Below, one piece after another: positions 14,121-27,350 of a DNA stretch of 64,000 nucleotides. The position numbers and the translations under genes were made by a program. Under the pieces are notes generated by a model. That model saw nothing but the letters and a program-made list of their open reading frames with translations, had not been told where the DNA came from and made no database searches. Position 1 is the stretch's first letter. Every line of letters starts with the position of its first letter. The stretch comes from the human T2T-CHM13v2.0 reference genome, Homo sapiens. The DNA lies in assembly GCF_009914755.1 (NCBI RefSeq), contig NC_060928.1. One strand, 5' to 3'.

Positions 14121-16370
14121 ACAGTCATCCCTTTGCATGGCAGTGTCGAACCACAAAAATGGCTGTGCAAGCCAAAACCATGAAAAGCTATCTTAATAAT
14201 CAGCGGGGTGGGGTGGGGGGAATAGGATTGTTCTGTGACACTTAAAAATGTTTGTCAAAATATTGAAAATTCTCCTACTCTCAGTTATACAGGAAAATCA
14301 AGGAAGAAGTGTACAATTATAATTTATGAGTATTTTATAATTTACAGTATTAGAAACATGGAGAATTAAAGGGCACTATCTCTTTGTAAGAAATTTATGA
14401 AGAATGCTTTGAATAGTGCTTGGCTTCTTCTTCTAGAGATATAACAAAATATGAGTGAACATCTTTTCTATGCCTTAGGGAATTGTTATCTTCTTTCTAA
14501 GTTTAGATTGGCTTTCGACATCTTATCCTTTGTGCTTTCAATGTCATAAAATAGCTCCAGGGGTTCTTTAATGTGAAGTTTTTGCTGGTGTCACTTCCTC
14601 TGGGACAACTGCATCCTTTTTTTCACAACTTTTTTCTTCATTTATGTCAATAAATTCACCATCACTAAGGTCCTTGGGCTGCATACCTAGAGCTTTGTAA
14701 ATGATGTCAGTGTCAATATTCACATGGTCAATGATCTCTTCCATAATTCCACTTACATTTGATTCAAATCCTGCAAAGTTATTTTCCAGTACAGTAAGAG
14801 TTTCTGCCATCCTCCATGCATATTACTTGCTCTTCCTATCTGTCGTGATGCTTGAATGTTTCTGGCTACATGTTTTATGTCATAGTTCTTCCAAAGCTTA
14901 GCTGAATAAATTGCATTATCTCCGATTGTATCATCAATAACCTGTCTGAAATACAGCTTACTTACATCTAAAAAATAGGCTTCAAAAGTTGCAATAACTT
15001 ATTGCCCCATTTAATAGATGATTAAAGTTGTTTTTATAGAAAAAGCAAATTTGCTCATATTCTTTCAAGTATTCAAGAGGGTCAGCGGGACCTGGAGCAT
15101 TATCCAACAATAGTAATGCATTAGAAGTTGAACTATATGGGTTTATCAGTGGGACACAGGGAGGCAACACAGCTGCATGCTTTGCTGTCTGTGCATGAGC
15201 TAATATTAGACAAGCAGCAGCCAATCACCAGCAGACTATGAAAGAAGTGATGTGATTGACCAACAATCATGATGCATATTTGTTATTTGCATAGTGATAA
15301 ATAGTCCTAGTGGACTGAGGACTAGCAAGGAAGTTTATAGTTTATGCTACAGTAGCTACAATTAGGGTTGCCAGATTTATTTTAGTCAATATACTGTGGT
15401 AACTGAAATTTGAATCATGTTGTTGGAGAACTGACATTATTATTTTTTATTTTTTAAATATCTTATTTCAATAGATTTTGTGGTATAGGTGGTTTTTGGT
15501 TGTGTGGATAAGTTCTTTAGTGGTGATTTCTGAGATCCTGGTGCACCTGTCATCAAGCAGTGTACATTGTACCCAATGTGTAGTCTTTTATCCCTCACCC
15601 CCATCCCACCCTTTTGCCATGAGTCCCCAAAGTCCATTACATCATTCTTATGCCTTTGCATTCTCATAGCTTAGCTCCCACTTATAAGTGAGAACATGCG
15701 ATATTTGGTTTTCCATTCCTGAGTTATTTCACTTAGAATTATGACCTCCAGTTGCATCCAAGTTGCTGCTAAAGACATTATTTCATTCCTTTTTATGGTT
15801 GAATAGTATTCCATGGTGTATATATACCACATTTTCTTTATCCACTCATTGACTGATGGGCACTTAGGTTGGTTCCATATTTTTGCAATTATGAATTGTG
15901 CTGTTATAAACATGCATGTGCAAGTGTCTTTTTTATATAATGACTTCTTTTCCTTTGGGTAGATACATAGCAGTGGTATTACCGGATCAAATGGTAGTTG
16001 TACTTTTAGTTCTTTAAGGAATCTCCATACTGTTTTCAATAGTGGTTGTACTGGTTTACATTCTCACCAGCAGTGTAAAAATGTTCTCTTTTCACCACAT
16101 CCAACCAACATATATCATTTTTTTACTTTTTAATTATAACCATTCTTGCAGGAGTAAGGTGGTATTGCATTGTGGTTTTGATTTGTATTTCCCTAATAGT
16201 GACATTGAGCATTTTTTCATATGTTTGTTGGCTGTTTGTATATCATCTTTTGAGAATTGTCTACTCATGACTTTTGCCCATTTTTTGATGGGATTATTTG
16301 GAGAACAGACGTTATTTAATCTGTGGTAATTCAGTTTTGCGCATATCTGAATTGTGCAAAGCAGAGAGTG
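14121..16370 (-). mobile_element. Tigger (Tigger13a-like) DNA transposon relic with pogo/DDE_1 transposase remnants, split by an L1PB
   Basis: Ends resemble Tigger13a TIRs (CAGTCATCCCTTTGCATGG ... TGTGCAAAGCAGAGAGTG). Minus-strand peptide ALLLLDNAPG followed, after a frameshift, by VIATFEAYF resembles the DDE_1 LLLDNAPGH...QPMDQGVIATFK motifs. Acidic C-terminal remnant MEEIIDH...DLSDGEFIDINEE. Confidence 0.78.
15442..16299 (-). mobile_element. 5'-truncated L1PB (ORF2 C-terminus + 3'UTR) inserted in the Tigger
   Basis: ORF 15671-16039 is the L1 ORF2 C-terminus (KKMWYIYTMEYY...SLISGS), followed by an L1PB-type 3'UTR. TSD GGAGAAC[T/A]GAC[A/G]TTATT at 15425-15441 and 16300-16316. Confidence 0.92.
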
Positions 16371-16793
16371 TGTGTGCATGCACATATGTGTACATGCACA
16401 TATACATAGCACATAGTGAGCACTGTTAATATTAACTTATATTACTATGAGTATTGGGGGAGAGTCACACAAATGAATGCAATCTAGAGATCAGCTGGAG
16501 CTCTCTCTTGAGCTCTCCGTATGACTGGTTCCAATCCTACTTCCACCAAGATTCTCACAAGTCCCCAGGAGATGCACATAACTGCAGGCATCTCTACCTC
16601 CATACTCCTGCTTCCAGGACATATGTTGTCTAGAAATGTAGCTCAGCCTGCTCCTATATGACAAAAAGGAACCTCCTCACATGAAATATTCATGAGTTGG
16701 GTGAATTTTATTGGGGATTCAGTCTGGAGAGGAGGGGAATATTGAGGGCAACGCAAAGAACTTCCAACTGAACATTAGACATTCAACATCTCT

Positions 16794-17838
16794 TCATGAC
16801 AGAGAACACAAAAACAAACACAACAAAAACAAAAATAAATAGATGGGACTTAATTAAACTAAAAAGCTTCTGCACAGCAAAGGAAATGGCAGAGTAAACA
16901 GACAACCCACAGACTGGGAGAAAATCTTCTCAATCTATACATCCAACAAAGGACTGATGACCAGAATCTACAAGGAACTCAAACAAATCAGCAAGAAAAA
17001 AAAATCCCATGAAAAACTGGGCTAAGGACATGAATAGACAATTCTCAAAAGAAGATATACAAATGACCAGCAAACACATGAAAAAATGCTCAACAACACT
17101 AATTATCGGGGAAATGGAAATCAAAACTACAATGCAATACCACCTTACTCCTGCAAGAATGGCTATAATCAAAAAATAATAGATATTGGCATGGAAGTGG
17201 TGAAAATGGAACACTTTTACACTGTTGGTGGGAATGTAAACTAGTACAGCCACTGTGGAAAAGTGTGGAGGTTCCTTAAGAACTAAAAGTAGAACTACCA
17301 TTCAATCCAGCCATCCCACTCCTGGGTATCTACCCAGAGGAAAAGAGGTCATTATATGAAAAAGATACTGGCATATACATGTTTATAGCAGCACAATTCA
17401 TAATTGCAAAAATAGGGAATCAGCCCAAATGCTCATTAATCAATGAGTGGATAAAGAAAATGTGGTATATATATGTACCATGGAATACTACTCAGCCGTG
17501 AAAAGGAATGAAATAATGGCATTCACAGCAACCTGGATAGAATTAGAGACCATTATTCTAAGTGAAGTAACTCAGAAATGGAAAACCAAACATTGTATAT
17601 TCTCACTCATAAGAGGGAACTAATCTATGAGGATGCAAAGGCATAAGAAAGATGTAATGGACTTTGGGGACTTGGGGGAAAGGGTGGGAGGGGGTGAGGG
17701 ACAAAAGACTAAACATTGGGTACAGTGTACACTGCTTGGGTGATGGGTGTACCAAAATCTCAGAAATCACCACTAAAGAACTTACTTATGTAACCAAACC
17801 CACCTGTTCCCCAAAACCTATTGAAATAATAAGAAAAA
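16794..17838 (+). mobile_element. 5'-truncated L1PB (ORF2 C-terminus + 3'UTR)
   Basis: AATAGATGGGACTTAATTAAACTAAAAAGCTTCTGCACAGC...GATGCAAAGGCATAAG...CAGAAATCACCACTAAAGAACTT...CTATTGAAATAA tail. Confidence 0.92.
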
Positions 17839-18118
17839 AGGCATCCAAGGTATCCCCAGTCTTTCCAGCAACCACTGCCCCCCTCCCCGCATGGTTTTTT
17901 CCTGGCCACCACTCTCAAGGACCCAGCCTGCGCATCTCACTGTCTCATTGCTTCCCTATTTTCTGCTCCACAGCAACCCCCTCCAAAATTTCTCTCCAAA
18001 CTTCAAAGTTTTCTCAAAAGCAGTTCAGCCCTCCAGTGTTCTTGTTCAACTTATATTTGCAGGCTCATAGGGTGCTGGAAAAAAGGGGGGAAGGAAGGAA
18101 AGAAGAAAGGAAGGAAGA

Positions 18119-18275
18119 AACTTCAAATGCATGACTATTGTTGGATAATGCTCTCATCACCCTGATCTTCCTGAGTACTTGAATGAATATGTGAAAGTTT
18201 GCTTTTTCTACAAAGACAACTTCAATAATCTATTAAATGGGAGAGTAAGTTATTTCAACTTTGGAAGCCTATTTT
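18119..18275 (+). repeat. Inverted local copy of the Tigger DDE segment at 14972-15129
   Basis: Hand alignment to the reverse complement of 14972-15129 gives about 25 differences in ~157 nt (~84% identity). Confidence 0.88.
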
Positions 18276-18299
18276 GAAGCCTAAGTTATTTCTACTTTT

Positions 18300-18392
18300 G
18301 AAAGAAGGAAAGAAGGAAGAAAGGAAGGAAAGGGAGGGAGGGAAGAAGGAAGGAAAGAAGGAAGAAAGGAAGGAAGAGAGGGAGGGAGGGAA
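18300..18392. repeat. (GGAA/GAAA)n purine tract (its left part is at 18078-18120)
   Basis: Pure A/G tract of GGAA, GAAA and GGGA units on both sides of the 18119-18300 insert. Confidence 0.88.
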
Positions 18393-20094
18393 CGAATGAC
18401 TGGAGGGGAATGAGCCAAGACAGAGGGCTTCCTATTGAAGTAGGAATTAGGATAGTCCTCATGCCAGTAAAATGTGGCATTTTGCTATTCCCCACACTCA
18501 GAGTTCACCTTCTTTGAAAGGTGAGATGCTCTTACTGATGTGCTAGATGCGGGGCTAGCACAATTCGAGATGGTCACAGCTGGACTCACTCAAGGCCCTG
18601 GCAATAAACAGGCTGCACAGAGTTTAATTCAGGGGTTTTACAAAGGTGTGGGCTGGGCTGAGGGGAGCCAATGGCATGAAGAAGCAACCCAGGAGGAATG
18701 GCAGCAGCGTGCCATTACCACCCACCCACTCCGCTCCCCGAGTGGTGAATAGCAAGTGGACCTGCCTCTCCAGCCACTGTCCTAGAGGCCATCCCTCAAG
18801 GTCACCTGCTGAGGCTCAAGGCAGGCTGGAGAAACCAGAGGAGGGCAGACAGGCAAACAGAGGCTCTCCAGTGCAAGGGCCAGGGAAAATCCTAAGACGT
18901 GGATTTTTTGAGAAAATCATGTCGATCACTTGGGCAAGGATCTTGCACTAAACATCAGAGACCACACAAGCTGAGAGTCCCCTGAACAAGTACTTGTGAG
19001 CTTTGATGGTATCACACATTCTCAGGAATGGAAGGGACCTCAGGCGGCCTCCTAGTCTAATCCCCTCCCTGCAATTTCAGAGGTGAGGAATAACTCCCTG
19101 CCCTTTGTATATATTGGGGGTAAAAGGCTTGAGTGTGTGCTCAAGGCCACAATTCCAATAAGTAGTGGGTGGGGTGAAGAAGTAAAGGGAACGAGGGTGA
19201 CCTGAACCTGGACCTCCCGGCTTCTCATATCACACTCTTCACACTTCACTTTCCATGACAATAACAGATTTATGGTTACAGTTGGACTCTGGAATATGAA
19301 ACATATGCTGATTTCAAGGTGAAAGCTCTCGGTTTTAAAAAAAACACAACATTGTATTCACGTGTCCAAACATATATGCAGAAAAACAACTGCATAGCTG
19401 GTTATATCGCTGAACAATCAGGTTCTACAGCTGATGAGGAATTCCTCAATTGCATGAACGCTTTCTTAATTCCGGTGTATAACCACCTTTAGAAAGTGAT
19501 AGTAATCTTTAATTTTTAAGGCATTCATTTTATTTCTCTGAGGCCTATGTGTGTTTCCGTCAGGCGACAGTGGTTGTGTCTACCAGAGATCAAAACAGCT
19601 GGCAGAAAAGGGAGACATGGGGTTACATTTGAGGCACATCAATTTAGTCAAAACGTGGGGATATAAGTGAGGCTTACCATACACTAAGAAGGATCTTGGA
19701 AATCGTTCTTTTCTAACCTACAGGTTTTTGCCCAGAGGCAGCATTCAATGGAGCGCTGAGTCCAGAGTTGCAGGCAGGCCTCTGGGGCCACCCGCTGGAA
19801 GCCTGGGTTATAACAACGTGTGACAGCACAGGGACCTGGGCTGTGGGCGTCCTGTTCGCCTCTGGGAGATGGTGGCTACAGTGGAGAGATGACAGAGGAG
19901 TTTGGGTCAGGGTCTTCTCACTTTCTAGCTGTGGCAATTGAGTCTAATCTTCAGCTTCTCAAAGCCTCACTTTTTCTCTCTCTAAAATGGGATTCATGAT
20001 ACTCTCCGGGCTAGATTGCAACGAGCATTAAAGATAAAAATGGTCCATGCACAAGTGACGCTTGCTATATTGTAGGTAGTGTTCTAAGGGCATC

Positions 20095-20519
20095 TCTTAT
20101 GGATTGAATTGTGTTTCCCCAAAAACATGTGTTGAAATCCTCACCCCAGGTACCTCAGCATGTGACCCTGTTTGGAAATTGGGTCTTTACAGATGGCATC
20201 AAGTTAAAATGAAGTTCTTAGGGTGGGCCCTAATCCCACATTTCTGGTGTCCTTATAAAAACGGGAAATGTGGACAGAGAGACTGACCTGCCCCCAGGGA
20301 AGATGATGTTTGGAGAGGGAGAGATGGCTCTGTAAACCAGACAACACCTGGGGCTACGAGAAGCTAAAGAACCAAGGAATTTTCAGAGGGAGCACTCCCC
20401 ATCCACACCTTAATTTCTGACTTCTGACCTCCGGAACTAAAAGACAACACATTTCTGTTTCTCTAAGCCACCCAAACTTGTGGTACTTCGTTACAGCAGG
20501 CCTAGGAAAGGAATTCCAC
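20095..20519 (+). mobile_element. MLT1B/C-type MaLR LTR
   Basis: TTATGGATTGAATTGTGTTTCCCCAAAA start, GGGTGGGCCCTAATCC, TAAGCCACCCAAACTTGTGGTACTTCGTTACAGCAGGCCTAGGAAA end. Confidence 0.85.
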
Positions 20520-20700
20520 ATTTCGTCCTCACCGTGGCCCTAAGGGATAAGTACTATTGTTAGCCCCGCTTTCCAGGTAAAGTAACTGAGGGGCAGAGAA
20601 GGTGAGTTGCCTGAAGTCTTACACCACCAGGTATACTGGAGCCAGGATTTAAATCAGGCAGCCTGGATCCTGAGGCTCAGCTCTTCACCACTGCAATCTA
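20520..20700 (-). mobile_element. MIR
   Basis: CCCCGCTTTCCAGGTAAAGTAACTGAGGGGCAGAGAAGGTGAGTTGCCTGAAGTCTTACAC...GGAGCCAGGATTTAAATCAGGCAG. Confidence 0.75.
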
Positions 20701-21029
20701 CTAACACTTGTGCAACCAGAATGAACCAGCACTCCACGCGATTCCCAGCACTCAGGAAGCCCACAGGAGAAGGAAGCTGCTGGTGTTACACTTGCTATCA
20801 TGCACTCTGTGAAGCCTCCACCCTCAAGGACAGGATGCATTCAGAGGAACACGTCAGTCCAGGTGGAAGGTCTTGGGGCTGAGCCCACTGAGGAAGCGCT
20901 TTACCTGGGACTCTGGAGGGGTGAAGCTCATAACCTAGGGCCAAAGGCAGAAATCGATTTTCTGGACACTCACTGATCAGTTTAATTATAATAGTTCCCA
21001 GTCCTTGGCCAACTCCTTTGTATCTGGAA

Positions 21030-21200
21030 CTAAATGCTTTACATTTGCATCTCAGTCTTCCACATAACTCTAGGAGATGGAGAATATTACCTCCATTTTG
21101 CTGATGCTTAAGAACTAAGATTCAAAGTGGCTGAGTGAGGAGGCTGGAGCCGCACAGCTAGGAAGAGGGCAGAACCCCAGTCCCAACCAGGTCTCTGACT
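21030..21200 (-). mobile_element. MIR
   Basis: AATGCTTTACATTTGCATCTCAGTCTTCCACATAACTCTAGGAGATGG...CCATTTTGCTGATG...CACAGCTAGGAAG. Confidence 0.65.
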
Positions 21201-22903
21201 CAGCGTCCGCCCTCCCCCGCACCAGCACCTGCTCCCCTCCAGCCACGGTGTAGCCTCATCAGTTCACCAGGGCTTGCCGTTTTAATACAAATGAACTCGT
21301 AAGTCAGGCCTGATTCTGAGACTCTCAGCAAAGTAACCACATGGAGACACACAGATCTCTGGAATGCCAGACATTCTCTTATCTCTTGCAATCAACTATT
21401 ATGCATCAAAGTTTACCGTAAATACCTCTAAGGAGGGAATACTCTCAGACTAGGGATATCAACAAAGGAGATGGTAATGTTAAGCTTCCTCTTCCTCTGG
21501 AAAGAAGCCAGCTGTGGAAAGAGAGGCTCCCAAAGTTCTGAAATCAGGGGTCTCAAGATAATGGATACATTTTAGAGACTTAACGTACACATACTATCTC
21601 AAATTGACATGGTTACAAGAAGTAACTTTATATATTCGATTCAGAGCCAAGCAGCCAGAAAATGTTAAATAAGTCAGATATTCCCACTAGTAGGTTCCCC
21701 TTAGTACTTTTCCTTGAGCATTTGGAGGTGTAAAGATTAGTTTAGACCCTGCTTAGATTAGTGAACTTTCATATAACTACTTTATACCCAAGAGACTTGA
21801 AAGAATTAACAATGCATTGCTCAAAGTAACTAACTTAAAAATTGAAATTTGCCTTGCAGATAACCTCTGTTGGGAAATCCATTTTATTTTTTTAATGTGT
21901 TCAAAGACACACTTTGGATGTTAAAGAAGTGGTTTCCAATGAAATATGCAAGATTGAGGTGAAAGCAAAGCTCACAATTTGCACATCTTTAAAAGCAACT
22001 CCTGATGTATGTGCCAGACACAGTCATCGTTAGATTCTGAGACACAAATATTGTAAGGCTGAGATAATGGGCTTTGATTATAGTGTGAAGTGTAGGGACT
22101 GCAACAAAAATAACCCCAAAAGAGGAGACATCTTTGATTAGGAACATTCACACTCATTGTTTTGAGGTCATTGGACTTAAAAATAAATGCATTGCTTTAT
22201 GTTTCTGCAGCGCCTGCCAGCTTGGTGCAATTATTTAACAAGCAGAATACAGAAAAGGAAACAAAAATAATTTTCCTGCATAAGGACAAAAATGTGAGCC
22301 CTGAAGTTTTGACTTAAACACTTTTTACTTTTAGAAAGCTAATTTTTAACAAAGCTCAAAGAAATTTCCTGACAATCCAATTCATCTTCACCGCTGTGCA
22401 AAGTTGGAAAAGAGCAATAATTAATTACTGCATTGAAAATGAAATCTCTTTTGAGGCACACTCCCATTTTATTGAGTTCTTATAGAGGCTTCTCAAAAGA
22501 TGGTAGATGATATTTGGAGGGAGGAGCTTCTTACTTGGGGCATGTCTACCTCCATACAGGAAAGTCAGCCAACATCTCCATCCTGAAGCACCTCCGTCTT
22601 CTGGCTCGTGATAAAGCTTCCTTTTCCCACCCACTGTGCTCCCTCCTCTCCCCAGTGACCAGGTTGGCTGCGTTCCTCACACTAGTAGGTGGCTACTTTG
22701 GCAAAAACCAGGCTCCGCCTGCAGGTGGTGGGAGTACCCCTTTTATGTCTCTTTCCGTGTCTTGACCCAGGACAGAAATTCTCCTCATGCCATGGGCAGA
22801 GACACTGCACTCATCCCGCAGCTGCCCCACCTGTGCCTGGGGCAGGGGTTGGGAGGTAAGGATAGGAAATTTAACTCAGTAAAAAAAAGCACATTTAGGA
22901 TAG

Positions 22904-23170
<267 letters not shown>

Positions 23171-23894
23171 GGATCAAGCTTTTCAACTGGAGTAGAACTT
23201 AGAATGGCCAATGAGTGATGATTTCAAACAGAAGAGACTAGTTACCAGAATATTAGTGGATCAACTTTTAATGCCGGGAATTGACAGAGAATGATGGAAC
23301 CCAGCTCTTAAGGAGTGTGAACTAATCAGGGACTTTACCAGCTCAATCAAGTACGAACCCATCAGTCAACCATCCCCCGCCCGCTTTTTTGGGGGGAAAG
23401 AAACAAGTGGAAGCAAGCTCATTTTTGCTAGCTTGGTTAGTTTTGTTTGTCATTGCTAGAATATGTGACGTAGGTATGATGCTGGCCTGCCCAAGTTCAC
23501 GGCCTCGGGCCAGGTGCGCCCATAGAGAAGTGAGAGCGGCCTCTCAAGTCTCAGGAGTTAACTTCACAGCAGCCGCAGCTGGTTTGTCCTGATCAATGAT
23601 CACCGGTGATCTGCATATCAACAGATGGTGCTGGGAGCAGACACTGGGTCTCATTCAGTGATTCACGTCTATAATCCTCCTTGGGTGCTCTTTGCATAAA
23701 AGCTGTTGACAGATAATCTGCTTTAGGGATCAAAGAGTAACTCAAGGGGGCTGCATCCTTCTGATAGTTTCCCAGTCCAAGCGGTAGACTCCACGGGAAT
23801 AGGGGAGATTTTTGAGTTAAAAACAGAAGGAACAGGTAGGATGAGAACTGGCAGGAACTGAGGACCTGTGAAAACCATGTGGCCTAAGTGGAAG

Positions 23895-24090
23895 GAATTT
23901 TGGAGCCCAGCAAACCAGAGTTCAAATCCCATCCCAGCCACCTCACACGACTCATTCCACTTTATTGAGCCTCAGTTTCCTCCTCTGAAAAATGGAGATA
24001 ATCATACCTTTTTTCAGAGTTAAGTGGTTTCAGGTAGGGAAAGCTTCGGCACGATGTCTTCCGCACGATGTCTGGCGCGGAAAAGGCCAA
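23895..24090 (+). mobile_element. MIR
   Basis: TTTGGAGCCCAGCAAACCAGAGTTCAAATCCC...TGAGCCTCAGTTTCCTCCTCTGAAAAATGGAGATAAT. Confidence 0.75.
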
Positions 24091-24249
24091 TCCTATCAAA
24101 TGGGCCTTTTAAAAGGCCACTTTTAAAAATGGCACTTTGAAAAATCCTCTTCTAGGGAGGGATGGGGCCGGACAGTCCATTTCTTACTTGATATCTACAG
24201 ACCATTTGCAGAGGAAAAGTCTCAAATCCCCTTGACGAAAAGAAAAGCA

Positions 24250-24700
24250 GCACCACGTTGCATCTGCCTTGCACAGGAAGCTGGAAGCTTTGCACGGGGG
24301 TGAAAGTTACAGGCAGACACTGCCCGCGGGGCTCCGGACAGCAAGGAGCGAGCCCTCTGAGCCTGGCCACGCTGGCCCGCCACTGCCCTCTGCTGGCGGC
24401 TGCGGTCTTCACCACCGCCCGCAGCCGTCCCCGTAGTCCGCCGAGAGGCGCCAGGCTGGGCCAGCCTTGAATTCTGGGTTTGCTTCTCCCGGTTTGAAGG
24501 CCACCCCCAGGATTCGCAGGAATCTGACAGCTGCTTGTGACTGTGCTGAAGATGCCGAGAATGTAGGCAGAGCCCGGGCAGGGCCGGCGGGCAGGCGGCC
24601 ACGCGCTGCAGCAAACGCGAGCCTCGGGGCCTTGAACCTGGAGCCGGGGCCTTGCCTGGGCTGTCCTGGCTGGGAGTCTCGTGCTGTGCCCCCCGCTTCC
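24250..24700. promoter_or_regulatory. Intronic CpG-island-like GC-rich element
   Basis: Dense CpGs and high GC (e.g. CACCGCCCGCAGCCGTCCCCGTAGTCCGCCGAGAGGCGCC; GCCCGGGCAGGGCCGGCGGGCAGGCGGCCACGCG) in non-repeat sequence. Confidence 0.65.
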
Positions 24701-25709
24701 TCATTCCCCCACCCCACCCTCCTAACCCTTGTTGTGTTTCATTTTCCCTTTTAGGATATGTGCTTCTTATTTGGGATTTTATTATTCTTGACCCCAGCCC
24801 TTTCTTTCCCTCCTTCTCTTAGTTCCTCTTTTGGTTGAGTTTATGATTTTTTTAAACCACAATTTGTAATGGTCACTGCAGTGGACGTTTAACTTTGAAC
24901 ACCCCTTTGTTCCTCCAAAGGCGAAATTCCTCCTGCGCCCTGCATGGCCCATTCAGGAGCGTCTGTGACCCAACCTCTCTGGCTCTGGGGAGAGGGCAAA
25001 GTGTGGCATCCAGCCCTAGCCAGGCCAGCGAGGAGCCGCATTCCTGCCACAGTGACCGTGGCTCCAGGATCCAGGCTGGGCGGGAGGATTCTTCATGCTG
25101 GAGGAATCCATTCCTCTCGGTGGCCGAGCTGGGAAGAAATGTCCCCATGTGAAGACATGGCCCCAGGAAGAGACGCTGGGGCTACAGCCAGGGCCGCGGG
25201 GAGGGCAGCAGGGGAGGGTGAGGTCTGCTCTCCTGGCTCCTGCCTCACCCCTGCTTCTTTTTGCAGGAGCCAGCAGCCCTCTCTCTGCCTGGAGCAGCAG
25301 GCCTGGGATTTCTGTCACTTGCTTCCTTTGCCTGTCCCTGGCTCCTCTCTCTGCCGTCATCACGTTTCTGGCCACCTTGCCCTCCTCCTCTGAGCTCACA
25401 GCTCCTGGGCAGGGTCCTGGCTGTGGAGGGCACCAGTTGAGAGCCACTATAGATGAAGGCTCTAGGCCGCAGTTGAGGCTTCTGAGTACTGGGCCTTAGC
25501 TGCCTGACTTTGCCCCTTTCTCCAAGGCCAATCACCGGTGGCAAATCTCACAAGCGACTTTGTGTTAAAAGTGATGACTACCTACGTTTACCTCTCACGA
25601 AGAGCTTACATTTAGTTTAAAAATTATCTATGATGAAAATATTCGAATGCACAAAACAGTGTGATAACACGGGACAGTGCTCCGCCCTGGTTTCCTGTGT
25701 CTTCCTCCC

Positions 25710-26700
<991 letters not shown>

Positions 26701-26802
26701 TAGTCACAAAATCCCTTCCCAGTAGAAGTGTTCTCTGAAACAGGCAGGTTCTTTTAGGCGTGTCTATTTGGACTGTATACCCCTTACATTGAAGTGAGGG
26801 GG

Positions 26803-27350
26803 TGGATCAGTTATCTGTTTCGGTGTAACTGACAACCTCAAACCTCAAGTGGCTTAAACAATAGTCATGTATTCAGCTCACAAATATGCAGTCTGGATGG
26901 AGCATGGAAGGGAAAGCTCCTCTCTGCTGGACGCAGCACCAGCAAGGGCAGCTCAGAGGCTGGGGTAACCTGACACCAGAGGGCTGGAAGGATCTGCAGG
27001 CAGTTGATGCTGGCTGCTGGCTGAGACCTTAGCTGGGTTGTCAGCAGCTGCATCCACCTGTGGCCTCTCCATATGGCCACCTGGCATCCTTACAGCATGG
27101 TGACCATGCTCCAGGCATGAGCACCCCAAGAGAGCAAAGAGAACAGGCTTGGCATTGATTGTGACCCAGATCCAGAAGTTACATAGCATCACTTCTCCTG
27201 CATCTGTTGGTCAAAGCTGTCACAAAGGTCCACTCAGGTTCAAAAAGAGGGGACACCACTTGATGGGGGAATGTCAATGTCACAATATAAGAAGAACAAG
27301 TAGAATGGGATTTGTTACGGCAGCTTTCTTGGAAAATATGATCTGCCACC
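26803..27350 (-). mobile_element. MLT1F/G-type MaLR LTR
   Basis: AGTGGCTTAAACAATAG...AGCTCAC, TGTGGCCTCTCCATATGG, AGAAGTTACATAGCATCACTTC, TCTTGGAAAATATGATCTGCCAC. Confidence 0.8.

Noticed and set aside
14568-15224. Domesticated TIGD-like transposase gene
   Set aside because: Only short frameshifted fragments remain. There is no HTH domain and no continuous ORF.
24152-25544. Multiple 90-160 aa ORFs on both strands
   Set aside because: Expected by-product of high GC content. Low-complexity Pro/Ala/Gly/Arg peptides with no recognisable homology.
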